A DNA stretch of 64,000 nucleotides from an uncultured virus (IMG/VR IMGVR_UViG_3300012346_000469) (taxonomy: Duplodnaviria > Heunggongvirae > Uroviricota > Caudoviricetes): the IMG/VR virus record IMGVR_UViG_3300012346_000469; one strand, 5' to 3'. Made by a program: the position numbers and the translations under genes. The notes beneath the pieces were generated by a model. That model was given only the letters and a program-made list of their open reading frames with translations, ran no database searches and had not been told where the DNA came from. Shown here one piece after another: positions 45,697 to 55,512 of the stretch (positions within the stretch are counted from its first letter, which is position 1; the number at the start of each line of letters is the position of its first letter).

Positions 45697-48600
45697 ATGG
45701 CCGGTCGTGATCTGAGTGCGGAGCTTTTTGGGAGCCCCGCAAAACCTGGGGCTGGTCGTGATTTAAGCGCCGAACTCTTTGGAGAAAAACCAAAAGAAGA
45801 AGGCTTCTTCAGCAACATTGGCAAGCTGGCCTACGAAGGCGGTGAGCGTGCAATTGGCGCGGCCAAGGTGTCGCCGTCCGTCATCTCTGGCAACGTCGGC
45901 CCAGAGCAGGCCGGCATCATTTCCCAGCAGCTGTCGATGAAGCCTGCTGTTCAACCCAAAGAGCTGACCGAAGTGCAAGGCGCATTTAAAGACGAAGCGG
46001 AAGCTCTGACCAAGGCCAAAGGCTTCACCGAGAGCGTGGGCCCTGCTCTGCAATTCATGGGCGAGCTTGGCAAGCAGGCCCTCACAAACCCAAAGGGTGT
46101 TGCATACCTGACCGCTCAGAGCGCAGCCAATATGGCGCCATCGATCGCGGGCATGATTGCCGGCGGCAAGGGTGGTGCTGCACTGGGGTCGCTTGCTGGG
46201 CCGGGCGGCGCTGGCATTGGCGCATTGACTGGTTCGATTGCCGGTGGTTTTGCTGGCAGCGCCCCCATGGAGATCGGCTCCGAGTTCATGGACAACGTTG
46301 GCAAAGAGCTGCGCACCCGCGGCATGGAGCCCACCGAAGACAACGTCAAGGCTTTGCTGCAAGACAAGGCGTTCGTCGACAAAGCTGTGTCCGAAGCCCG
46401 CACCAAAGGCGTCACAACTGCTGGTGTTGATGCCCTCACAACCGCTGGTGCTGGCCGATATGCCACCGGTCCTGCGCGCGCCGCGATGAAGACCGCCCAG
46501 GCCGAGCTTGGCGCTGTTGCAGACGCAGCAAAAGTCGCCTCGCGGGCCGAAGAAATTCTCAAGCAAGGAACCAAGGCTGAGCGTGCCGGCCGTGCCGTGA
46601 AGCGTGGTGCTGGCGCCGTCGGCATTGACGTGCTTGGCGGTGGCGCATCCGAGGCCGCTGGCCAGTACGCCGCCTACGGTGAAGTTGATGTCGCATCGCT
46701 TGGCCCTGAAATGCTGGGCGAGCTGGGCGGCTCTGCCATTGAGGTGCCCGGAGCAGCCTATGCCACCGGCAAAGACGCCCTCAGAAGCAAGGCCAAAAAG
46801 GATGCGGCCGAAATCCTGAGCAAGGAGCAGCCCGCTCAGCCCGAGCAGCCAAAGGACATTGCATCTGCACTCAAGGCTGCCGGCATGCAAGAAACGCAGC
46901 CCACCGACCTGGATGAGCTCGAGCGCCGCACGGGCATGGCCAGCTTCAAAGAGGAGCCTGCCGCCGAGCCGGTCAAGCCTGCCGCCACCGTGACGCCTCC
47001 TGCGCCCATTGCTGAGCCGGCCAAGGCTGCCGCGCCAGCAGCTCCAGTATTTGAGCCAGCAGTGACTCCGGTTGAGGCTGCCGCACCAGTTGCAGAAAAG
47101 CCTGCCGTCGAAGAAACACCAGAGCAAAAGCTGAAACGCCTGTCGCAGCGCCAAGCTCGAATGAGCGATGCTTTCCGAGAGGGCGTCATCACCAATCAGG
47201 AATACGAATCTTACAAAGCTGAGCTTGAGGCTGCCCGCGCTGCAGCCAAAGGCGCGCCAGTTGATGTCGGCACACTGAGCCCCGCCAAGCAAGAAATCCT
47301 CAAGATCGCTGACCAGCTTGAGGCGGCTGGCGTCAAGGGAATTCCAGACGGAATGCGCTTGAATGCCAAGCCCGAATCTCGTGAGCCGACAGAACAGCAA
47401 TTGGACTTCTACCGTTCCAAGCTGAACGAGCTGGCAAAGCCAAAAGAGAACGCAGAGGTCGAGCAAACTCCATACGGCTTGCCTGAGTTCTTTGCCGACA
47501 ATGCCAAGGATTTGGCGCGCATCAATGGCCTGATGAAGTCTGGCCAGCCAAAGGTGCGTTTTGCACTGGGCGAGGCAAGCGATGCAATCCAAAAGCTGGC
47601 CGACACAATTCAGAATGCAGGCTACAGCATGGACAGCCTGGTGCCCGGCCAAGTGCCGCCAGCCATCCTCCGCTTAAAGACCCAGATCGGCCAGATTGCC
47701 GCAGGAGCCAGTCGCCTTGCCAACAACGCAGAGGCTGTTCAAAAAGGTCACAAGCGTGCCAACCCAGGACGCATCAAGACCGATGCTCAAGAGTTGCTGA
47801 ACGACATTCAGAACGCCGACGAGCTGACGGCATACGACCAGAACATCCCCACTGCCACCGAGCAGATGGAAGGTGCTGAGGTCCCGACGTCGCCAGAGGT
47901 TGAAGAGCTGATGGACAAGCAGCGCAAGGCCACCGCAGACATTGAAACTTTGAGCAAGCGCACGGCCGGCACCAGCTTGATGAAGGTGCTGGAAGGCCAG
48001 CTGGCGGATGGCGAAATCTCTGAGCTCGGCGGCAAGGCACGCAAGATCGGGAAGAACCCGTTCATCTCGCTCGTGGCCAAGAAGGGCAAGCCTGGCGCCT
48101 CCATGGAAAACATGGTGGAAAGCGGCTCGCTTGACCTGTTCCTGCCAGAAGAGATGCGCCCAGGGGCAGAAGGTTACGACAACCAAGAGTCGGCCGAATA
48201 CATCCGTGAGAAGCTGCGCGCCGGCGAGTTCTATACGAACGACATGCGTCAGGAAATCGATGCCGTGCAGCGCGGCGTCTGGGAACTCGAAAAAGAGATC
48301 GAAGAGCTGCTGACCATCGAAGACATCAACAAGGAGATTCAATATGCCCTCGAAGAACAAAGACGAGCTGATCAAGAAGCTGCGGAGCCTGCCGCCCCAA
48401 AAGAGACTGGAGCTGCTGCGCAAGGCCCTGAGCAAAAAGCAGAAGAGCTGATCACCTCACAGACGGAAGAAGAGCTCAAGCGCAAGCAAGCTGAGATCGA
48501 CCGTCTGAGCAAAGAGAACGAGCGCCTGGCCAAAGAGGCTGAGCGCAAAGCCAAGGCCGACGAAGAGGCGAGCGACTTTGTGCTGACCGGCAGTGACCGC

Positions 48601-51600
48601 ACAGCTGACAAGGCTGCTGCGCGCGGCCAGATGGAGCTGGTTGAAGAGCCTGTTGCGGAGGAGTACCCGGACACTTACATGGGCGCACTTCAATCTGCTG
48701 GTTTCAAGAAAATTCCAAGAGGTAACAATCGAGCGTACAAAGATGCGGACGGGAAAGAATACACAACGCTTGAGCGAGATGGTGTTCGCGTTGTTGTGCG
48801 CTCTGCGACATCATTGCAAACAGATGATCTTGGCGGCGTTGATGTTTATCAGGGCGATCCAAATGAATGGACGATCCAAGCTCTGATCGTTGACAAAGAC
48901 AAACGCAATCAAGGTTTGGCATCCCAGGCAATGCAGGACATTGTTGATGCCGCCGGCGAGTACGACATTGATTTGTACCTCGAGCCGACTGCAATTGAAG
49001 GCGGCAAGATGTCGAAAGACGAGCTTGCAAACTTATATTCAAAATTTGGCTTCAAGTACCAGTTCGGGACTCTTGGCGGAAAGTCCGTCATGTTCCGTGA
49101 AGCAAAAGGCGACGGCACAGAGTCTTTGCAGGCCGCCGAAAAAGGCCAGACCGGCTACAACATTGATCCCGAAGATCAACGCATTGAGAAAGAGCTGACC
49201 GGCAAGACCATGCTGCAGGCTGCAGACTGGTCGGTGAAGAACGCTCCGAACGCTTTCATGCGTGTGATTGCGGAGAAGGTGCGCAATCGCCTGCGTGAGC
49301 TGGAGCGCCGCGGCGTCGAGTTTGAGTTCAAGGTCGAAGGCGGCAACATGCGCAGCCGCGATATGTTCAGCGGCCGTGGGATCACGAATTTCAAGTGGGA
49401 TGAAGAGCAGTCCAAAATCAGCGTCAGGCTAAATGGCGCTGCTGTTATGGACAACCAAAATGGCTATCCACCTGGTACGCGTTACGAGACATTGCTGCAC
49501 GAGCTGCTGCACGTTGCAACTCGCGCCCAGTTCAAATTCCTGTCGCCAGACAGCAGCATGGGCAAGCAGCTGGTCGAGTTGTCTGATGCCATCATCAAGC
49601 GCTACAACGCTGACGCCAAGGCCGGCAAGCTGCCTCCCATCATGGAGCGGTATTGGAAAAACCGGAACAACGTACTGGAAGACCCAGACGAAATCCTGGC
49701 CTGGGGCCTGACCAACAAAGAAGTTCAGGAATATTTTGCCGACATCAAGGTGGGCGAGAAGTCCGCCATGACTCGACTGGTCGAACTGATCCGCGAAGTG
49801 CTGGGTCTGGGCAAGCCATACGAGTCGGCACTTGATCGCCTGGTCACGGTGTCTGAGTCCATGCTGGACACGAACGTTGGCGAGATCGAGTCGCTCATGA
49901 GCGTGCGCGGCAAGAAGCTGGGCAAAGCAAGGGCGCCCGTGCAGGAGAGTCTGTTCCAGCGTGAAAAGACATTGTCAACAGGCAGCCCTGCATTCAAGCG
50001 TTGGTTCGGCAAGAGCAAGGCTGTTGACGCCAACGGCAAGCCTTTGGTGGTTTATCACGGCACGCAAAATGATTTCAGCGAGTTTAGTCTGCGCAATCGC
50101 CGCAAGGATCAGGGCAACAACCAGTTTGGCCCGGGCTACTACACAACCACAAGCGCAACCGGTGCTGGCGGCTATGCAAGCGGAGATGGCGCAAACATCT
50201 TGCCGCTGTACCTGAGCATTCAAAACCCGATTGATCTTGACACGCCAGCTTTTGGCCGATCAGTGATTGAGCGGTTGATGCGTGCCTCGCCTGACTTTGA
50301 CGACTCTTTGTCCAACTTTGGCGATGTCGGCTACGAAGGTGAGCGCAAGGTTTTGCGTGGCGCTATTGATGGCTTTTCTGGGTACGAAAATGCACTCCAG
50401 CAACTGAGCACACTCCAGCGAGACTTCTGGCCTGGCAATGAGGATGGATTCCTCAAGGCGGCCAAAGAAATTACAGGTCATGATGGCGTTGAAGTTGACA
50501 ACGGTGGGGCGGGCAAGTTTTTCATTGTCTGGACACCCGAGCAAATCAAATCCGCCACCGGAAACCGCGGCACCTACGACCCCGCAGACCGCGACATTCG
50601 CCACCAGCGTGAAAACGTTTTGGGCGAGCCTGTCGCTGGCAACTGGACGCTGCAGCCCGACACCAAGCTGGACTTGAAAGACGGCTTCATCTACAAGATG
50701 CTCGACAAAAACATCGACATCAAGCGCGTCATTGAGGCCATCACCAAAGAGTCTGGCGAGCTGATGTCGCGCTGGAATCCGTACCTTCAGGAAGAGCTGT
50801 ACCACGGCCGCACGGCCAAGGAAACTCAGGACTTCATGTCCAAAGAGATGAAGCCTTTGCTGCAAGACATGAAGCGGGACAACATCACCATTGGTGAGTT
50901 TGAGCAGTACCTGCAGAACCGTCACGCCGAGGAATACAACAAGCAAGTCGCCAAGGTCAACAAGGGCAACGACGACATGCAAGACGGCGGGTCAGGCATC
51001 CTGACCGAAGACGCGCAGAAGTACCTGGCTGATTTGCCTGAAGACAAACGTTCCAAGTACGAGGCTTTGGCCAAACGCATCGACTCCATCACCAAAGGCA
51101 CGCGAGAAATCTTGGTCAAGAGCGGCATGGAAAGCCGTGAGACGATTAACGCATGGGAAGCAGCCTTCCCACACTACGTGCCGTTGCAGCGCGAGGACGG
51201 TGACTTCGAGTACACCACCAGCAGCACCGGCACCGGCCGCGGCTTTGATGTGCGTGGCGCCTTCAGCCGCCGGGCAATGGGCTCCAAGCGACAGGTCGTG
51301 GACATCATGGCCAACATCGCTTTGGCTCGTGAGCGCGCCATCGTTAAGGCTAATAAGAACAGAGTGGCCCAGGCCGTGTATGGCCTCGCTGTGCAGAACG
51401 CAAACCCTGACTTTTGGCTGGCCGTCAACCCGTTGGCCGAGAAGGTGCCGCCGTTAGCGATCGAAGAGCTGCGCGACATGGGCATCGACGAAGAGGCGAT
51501 CGAGTTCTTGATGAAAGAGCCCCGCCAGCGCGCCGTTGATCCAAAGAAGGGCCAGGTTGTCAGCCGCATCAACACGATGCTGCGCAACAGCGACTACGTC

Positions 51601-53316
51601 CTGTCGATGCGCTTGAACGGCGAGAACCGCTACGTGTTTTTTAACCAGAGCGACCCACGCGCAAAGCGTGCCGTCACTGCGCTGAAGAACCTGGACGCCG
51701 AGCAGCTTGGCGCGGTGATGGGCACTCTTGCCAAGGTCACGCGCTGGATGGCTGCGGTCAACACCCAGTACAACCCAATCTTTGGCGCGTACAACTTCTT
51801 GCGCGACGTTCAGGGCGCCGCCTTGCAGTTGTCTGACACGCCACTGGCTGGTAAGCAAAAGCAAGTGATTGCTGGAACTATGCCCGCCTTGAAGGCCATC
51901 TACGCCAGCATGCGCGCCGACCGCAAAGGCAAAGAGGCGGACACAGAGATGGCCAAGCTCTGGGCTGACTTCCAGAAGGCTGGAGGCCAGACCGGTTTCC
52001 GCGACATGTACAGCCGATCACAGGATCGCGCAGAGGCCCTGCAAAAAGAGCTGGCCATGATGTCCGAGGGCAAGATCAATGGAGCCCGCCGAGCCGTGCT
52101 TGGTTGGCTGTCGGACTACAACGACACCATGGAAAACGCTGTTCGTCTGTCGGCATACAAGGAAGCACTGGACAGCGGCATTGGTCGCGACGAAGCTGCA
52201 TCGATTGCCAAGAACCTGACGGTCAACTTCAACAAGAAGGGCCAGATTGCAACACAGGCTGGCGCGCTGTACGCCTTCTTCAACGCGGCCATGCAGGGCA
52301 CCGCTCGCTTGCACAAGACTTTGACTGGCCCAGCCGGCAAGAAGATCATGGCCGGTGGCTTGCTGCTTGGCGCAATGCAGGCAGCGCTTTTGGCATTCGC
52401 TGGCTTCGATGACGAAGAGCCACCAGAGTTTGTGCGCGAGCGCAACGTCATCATTCCGATCGGCGGCAAAAAGTACGTCATGTTCCCAATGCCCTTGGGC
52501 TACCACGTCATCCCCGGCACCAGCCGCATCATGACCGAGTGGGCCATGTCCGGCTTCAAGAACACCGGCGACCGCATTGCGTCGCTGACAGGCATGTACC
52601 TGGAAGCGTTCAACCCGATCGGCAACGCCGGCTGGTCTGTGCAGACAATCGCTCCAACCTTTGCTGACCCGATCGTGGCGCTGGCCGAGAACCGCGACTG
52701 GACGGGCAAGCCGATTGCCAAGAAGGACTTCAACAGCCTTGATCCAACGCCAGGCTACCTGCGCGCCAAGGATGCGGCCAGCTGGCTGTCAACGAAGTTG
52801 GCCAAGTTCATGAACTACGCCAGTGGCGGCACCAAGTACCAGCCTGGATTGGCCAGCCCAACACCAGACCAGATCGACTATCTGATTGGCCAGGCCACCG
52901 GCGGCTTGGGTCGCGAGTTGCTGAAGGCGTCAACCAGCGTGGAAAAAACGTACACAGGTGAAGAGCTGCCCGTGTACAAGATTCCAGTGGTTGGTCGCTT
53001 CTACGGTGAAACCACCGGCTCGGCCGCGGAGGCAAGTCGCTTCTACAAAAACCTGGAGCGTATCAACAAGCTGGAAAACGAAGTCAAGGGGCGCCGCGAG
53101 AACAAAGAGCCGCTTGGTGATTTCATTTCGGAAAACCCAGAGGTTCGCCTGGCCAAGCGTGCTCACGAAATTCAGAGCGACATCAAGAAGCTGCGTGAGC
53201 GCAAAGAGAAGCTGGTGGACCGCAAGGCGCCTCGCGAGTCGGTCAAAGTGGTGGAAGAGCAGATCACTCGGAAGATGAAATTGCTCAATGATCGGGTGGC
53301 TGAGTTCAACAAGTGA
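45697..53316 (+). CDS. 2539-aa polyvalent protein (GNAT, zincin peptidase, ADP-ribosyltransferase-like and LPD38-like domains)
   Basis: RNQGLAS GNAT motif; HELLH zincin motif; FKRWFG...VVYHGT..G.Y ART-like motif; LPD38-like C-terminus. Confidence 0.8.
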   Translation: MAGRDLSAELFGSPAKPGAGRDLSAELFGEKPKEEGFFSNIGKLAYEGGERAIGAAKVSPSVISGNVGPEQAGIISQQLSMKPAVQPKELTEVQGAFKDEAEALTKAKGFTESVGPALQFMGELGKQALTNPKGVAYLTAQSAANMAPSIAGMIAGGKGGAALGSLAGPGGAGIGALTGSIAGGFAGSAPMEIGSEFMDNVGKELRTRGMEPTEDNVKALLQDKAFVDKAVSEARTKGVTTAGVDALTTAGAGRYATGPARAAMKTAQAELGAVADAAKVASRAEEILKQGTKAERAGRAVKRGAGAVGIDVLGGGASEAAGQYAAYGEVDVASLGPEMLGELGGSAIEVPGAAYATGKDALRSKAKKDAAEILSKEQPAQPEQPKDIASALKAAGMQETQPTDLDELERRTGMASFKEEPAAEPVKPAATVTPPAPIAEPAKAAAPAAPVFEPAVTPVEAAAPVAEKPAVEETPEQKLKRLSQRQARMSDAFREGVITNQEYESYKAELEAARAAAKGAPVDVGTLSPAKQEILKIADQLEAAGVKGIPDGMRLNAKPESREPTEQQLDFYRSKLNELAKPKENAEVEQTPYGLPEFFADNAKDLARINGLMKSGQPKVRFALGEASDAIQKLADTIQNAGYSMDSLVPGQVPPAILRLKTQIGQIAAGASRLANNAEAVQKGHKRANPGRIKTDAQELLNDIQNADELTAYDQNIPTATEQMEGAEVPTSPEVEELMDKQRKATADIETLSKRTAGTSLMKVLEGQLADGEISELGGKARKIGKNPFISLVAKKGKPGASMENMVESGSLDLFLPEEMRPGAEGYDNQESAEYIREKLRAGEFYTNDMRQEIDAVQRGVWELEKEIEELLTIEDINKEIQYALEEQRRADQEAAEPAAPKETGAAAQGPEQKAEELITSQTEEELKRKQAEIDRLSKENERLAKEAERKAKADEEASDFVLTGSDRTADKAAARGQMELVEEPVAEEYPDTYMGALQSAGFKKIPRGNNRAYKDADGKEYTTLERDGVRVVVRSATSLQTDDLGGVDVYQGDPNEWTIQALIVDKDKRNQGLASQAMQDIVDAAGEYDIDLYLEPTAIEGGKMSKDELANLYSKFGFKYQFGTLGGKSVMFREAKGDGTESLQAAEKGQTGYNIDPEDQRIEKELTGKTMLQAADWSVKNAPNAFMRVIAEKVRNRLRELERRGVEFEFKVEGGNMRSRDMFSGRGITNFKWDEEQSKISVRLNGAAVMDNQNGYPPGTRYETLLHELLHVATRAQFKFLSPDSSMGKQLVELSDAIIKRYNADAKAGKLPPIMERYWKNRNNVLEDPDEILAWGLTNKEVQEYFADIKVGEKSAMTRLVELIREVLGLGKPYESALDRLVTVSESMLDTNVGEIESLMSVRGKKLGKARAPVQESLFQREKTLSTGSPAFKRWFGKSKAVDANGKPLVVYHGTQNDFSEFSLRNRRKDQGNNQFGPGYYTTTSATGAGGYASGDGANILPLYLSIQNPIDLDTPAFGRSVIERLMRASPDFDDSLSNFGDVGYEGERKVLRGAIDGFSGYENALQQLSTLQRDFWPGNEDGFLKAAKEITGHDGVEVDNGGAGKFFIVWTPEQIKSATGNRGTYDPADRDIRHQRENVLGEPVAGNWTLQPDTKLDLKDGFIYKMLDKNIDIKRVIEAITKESGELMSRWNPYLQEELYHGRTAKETQDFMSKEMKPLLQDMKRDNITIGEFEQYLQNRHAEEYNKQVAKVNKGNDDMQDGGSGILTEDAQKYLADLPEDKRSKYEALAKRIDSITKGTREILVKSGMESRETINAWEAAFPHYVPLQREDGDFEYTTSSTGTGRGFDVRGAFSRRAMGSKRQVVDIMANIALARERAIVKANKNRVAQAVYGLAVQNANPDFWLAVNPLAEKVPPLAIEELRDMGIDEEAIEFLMKEPRQRAVDPKKGQVVSRINTMLRNSDYVLSMRLNGENRYVFFNQSDPRAKRAVTALKNLDAEQLGAVMGTLAKVTRWMAAVNTQYNPIFGAYNFLRDVQGAALQLSDTPLAGKQKQVIAGTMPALKAIYASMRADRKGKEADTEMAKLWADFQKAGGQTGFRDMYSRSQDRAEALQKELAMMSEGKINGARRAVLGWLSDYNDTMENAVRLSAYKEALDSGIGRDEAASIAKNLTVNFNKKGQIATQAGALYAFFNAAMQGTARLHKTLTGPAGKKIMAGGLLLGAMQAALLAFAGFDDEEPPEFVRERNVIIPIGGKKYVMFPMPLGYHVIPGTSRIMTEWAMSGFKNTGDRIASLTGMYLEAFNPIGNAGWSVQTIAPTFADPIVALAENRDWTGKPIAKKDFNSLDPTPGYLRAKDAASWLSTKLAKFMNYASGGTKYQPGLASPTPDQIDYLIGQATGGLGRELLKASTSVEKTYTGEELPVYKIPVVGRFYGETTGSAAEASRFYKNLERINKLENEVKGRRENKEPLGDFISENPEVRLAKRAHEIQSDIKKLRERKEKLVDRKAPRESVKVVEEQITRKMKLLNDRVAEFNK

Positions 53317-53326
53317 TGAGGGACGG

Positions 53327-53362
53327 GAACTTATTTAAATAAGTTGCCGTGTCCCGAAAGTA
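53327..53362. repeat. copy 2 of the 36-bp inverted repeat, between convergent genes
   Basis: palindrome at 53328-53345; flanks extend into a longer hairpin. Confidence 0.9.
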
Positions 53363-53371
53363 TTCAATCTG

Positions 53372-53638
53372 CTAATCGATTGAATCTATAAGACGCTCAA
53401 TTGTGACGTTGAGCGCATCCAATTCGTCCATCTTTTTGATGGCCCACATGCGCTTTTGGCCATGCCACCCGAGCACTGGGCCCTGGTGGCATGACTTGCA
53501 CAGCGCAACGCACAGGTACTGCGATTCCTGCTTGATGTGGTGGGCATCACTGGGGCCGGCGGCGTCGCACACAGAGCATGGCAGCATCTTCACCATGCTG
53601 ATGTGCGCGCGCTGCTTGGCGGTCAGCTTGTTGTTCAC
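53372..53638 (-). CDS. Zn-binding HNH-like protein (Ref/DUF968-like)
   Basis: LPCSVC..AHHI..LCKSCHQG. Confidence 0.75.
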   Translation of the reverse strand: MNNKLTAKQRAHISMVKMLPCSVCDAAGPSDAHHIKQESQYLCVALCKSCHQGPVLGWHGQKRMWAIKKMDELDALNVTIERLIDSID

Positions 53639-53970
53639 TTGGACTTGCCCACGTCAAACCCAGCCTTGAGCCAGAACTTGCGCTCGCTGCGCAGCCGCTT
53701 GATTTCCGTGATGGCGGACAGCATCATGGATTTCAGCGGCGTGTCCTTTTGCTCGCGCATGTTGTCCTCAAGGATTGGAACCACGTCAATGCCTGAATCA
53801 GCCCCTTGGCGGGCTGCCCATGCCATGGTCTTGTCGATGGCCTCCTTGGCCGCTGTGGCGCGCTCCTGAAGGCCTTCGTACTGCTTGTGCAGCAACTGCT
53901 TCTCGATCGCCTTCAGCTGCACCTCTGCGCGCATCATGTGCGTGCTCCAGTCGTCCAGTTCAAAACTCAT
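53635..53970 (-). CDS. hypothetical protein
   Basis: coupled ORF in the operon. Confidence 0.65.
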   Translation of the reverse strand: MSFELDDWSTHMMRAEVQLKAIEKQLLHKQYEGLQERATAAKEAIDKTMAWAARQGADSGIDVVPILEDNMREQKDTPLKSMMLSAITEIKRLRSERKFWLKAGFDVGKSK

Positions 53971-54191
53971 ACTTCCCTCGCTTTCAGCATGGCGTCTGCC
54001 AATTTGTAGGCATCCTCAGCGATGCGTTCAAAGCTGTGACCAGCCATCATCTGCATCGCCTTGGCCGCAAAGTAGTCGCGCAGGGTCATGCCCGATTGCT
54101 CACTTACTGCCCAATCAAGACCACTGCCGTTGTCGATGTATTCAAACGGTGCGCGTGGAAACGCTGGACCGCCTGTGTTTGTGTTGCTCAT
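53967..54191 (-). CDS. hypothetical phage protein (GGPAFP..GMTLRDYFAAKAMQ family)
   Basis: well-known small phage family motif. Confidence 0.8.
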   Translation of the reverse strand: MSNTNTGGPAFPRAPFEYIDNGSGLDWAVSEQSGMTLRDYFAAKAMQMMAGHSFERIAEDAYKLADAMLKAREV

Positions 54192-54415
54192 ACTGCTCTC
54201 CGTTTCAACATTTCGTCCGCATGATCAAAGGCTGCCGCGTGAATGCTTGTGCGGCTGTCATCGTCAATGATGGCGCTCTTGTCGCCGTAATAGGCCAGCA
54301 GGCCCTGCAGCGCAAAGGCGGCAAAGAAGTCCTGCATCGTCAACTCCTGAATCGACACGGGGTCTTGCTTTGCAACCAATGCCTCCAGGCCTTCACCCTT
54401 TGGTTTTCTTGCCAT
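54188..54415 (-). CDS. hypothetical protein, paralogous to 53967..54191
   Basis: LTMQDFFAAFALQGLL..AD.ML. Confidence 0.7.
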   Translation of the reverse strand: MARKPKGEGLEALVAKQDPVSIQELTMQDFFAAFALQGLLAYYGDKSAIIDDDSRTSIHAAAFDHADEMLKRRAV

Positions 54416-54716
54416 TGCTTTTCCCCTTCACGTTTTGAGAAACAATCATTGGTGACAGCTGCTCTTCAAGGTAGTACGCAAAGCTCTGGCCTTCGATGCC
54501 AAGCACCTTGCACCACTGATCGTCATGCAGTGCGGCGATCACGTCGCGGATGGCCTTGTTGTAGCCGCCGTTGAACTCGTCGTCGCCGTCAACGATGATG
54601 GTGATGGCATCGCGCACCAGGGCCGAGGCCTTGCGGTTGCCGGCAGCCTCTTTCAGCTTGTTGTAAACGTGCTCTGGCAGATGCACGCTGTACGGGATTA
54701 AGCGCTTAGTTTCCAT
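54393..54716 (-). CDS. ribbon-helix-helix DNA-binding protein
   Basis: YSVHLP..VYNKL...ASALVRDAI pattern. Confidence 0.7.
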   Translation of the reverse strand: METKRLIPYSVHLPEHVYNKLKEAAGNRKASALVRDAITIIVDGDDEFNGGYNKAIRDVIAALHDDQWCKVLGIEGQSFAYYLEEQLSPMIVSQNVKGKSNGKKTKG

Positions 54717-55117
54717 GCTTGGAACTCCTGTTCAATGGCTGCAAGTTTTTTCGCAGCCTTGTGGTTTTCTTTCAGCTCCGTGCGCGACTGGATGTCCAGC
54801 TCTGTACGCAGCCATTCAACGACCGTTGACTCTTTCGCATCAAGCGTGTGGCCAACGGTCAGCAGGTATTCGGCAAACTGTTTGTCGCGGCAAAGAATGC
54901 CTGCTGTGCGGACTGCATCTCTGCTGTATTCCGCATCACGATTCATTGGTTTTTCTTCGCCGTTCAGTCTCACCATAACTACCTGATACCTTGCACCGAC
55001 AAAGTCACGCAGCAGTGACTCTGGGACTTCGTCGGGGTGTACGTTCAAAGTCAAGATGTAGCCAGTCTTGTCTTGCTTCATGGCTATCTTGACCGCTTCG
55101 TATTGCAGCGTCTGCAT
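54698..55117 (-). CDS. conserved hypothetical protein
   Basis: AGILC.D..F...L.IQSR.EL motif. Confidence 0.7.
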   Translation of the reverse strand: MQTLQYEAVKIAMKQDKTGYILTLNVHPDEVPESLLRDFVGARYQVVMVRLNGEEKPMNRDAEYSRDAVRTAGILCRDKQFAEYLLTVGHTLDAKESTVVEWLRTELDIQSRTELKENHKAAKKLAAIEQEFQAWKLSA

Positions 55118-55119
55118 GA

Positions 55120-55512
55120 TCAGAAGGGGATGTCGTCATCCATGTCGTCAAACGATTCCTGCTGCTTCTTGGGCGCTGGGCGCTGGCGCTCTTGTTGAGG
55201 CTCAGCATCCTTGCGACCACCTTGCAACGCAACGTCGTTCACACGCACATCCATGGACTTGCGCTTGTTGCCTTCTTTGTCAGTCCACTCGCGCTCGGAC
55301 ACGGTGCCTGTCACAGTGACAGCCTGGCCTTTGACAAGGTACTGGGACAGCGACTCTGCGCGCTTGCCGTACAGGCCGCAGTTCCACCAGATGGTGCCTT
55401 TGTCGCGGCCCATTGAATCGGCAACAGAGAAGTTGCAGATGTAGTCGCCGCTGTTGAGCTGCTTGAGCTCAGAGTCTTTGCCGAGCGTACCGGCGATAGT
55501 GATCGTATTAAT
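55120..55512 (-). CDS. ssb: single-stranded DNA-binding protein with ATT start codon
   Basis: (I)NTITIAGTLGKD..NFSVA..YLVKG..V.G..DDDIPF; AAGGAG 7 nt upstream of ATT. Confidence 0.85.
   Translation of the reverse strand: MNTITIAGTLGKDSELKQLNSGDYICNFSVADSMGRDKGTIWWNCGLYGKRAESLSQYLVKGQAVTVTGTVSEREWTDKEGNKRKSMDVRVNDVALQGGRKDAEPQQERQRPAPKKQQESFDDMDDDIPF

Noticed and set aside
45763..47652. Long antisense ORFs (also 14760..16154, 40856..42124, 43996..45327, 33849..35084)
   Set aside because: Shadow frames of GC-rich sense genes, with no SD or recognisable motifs
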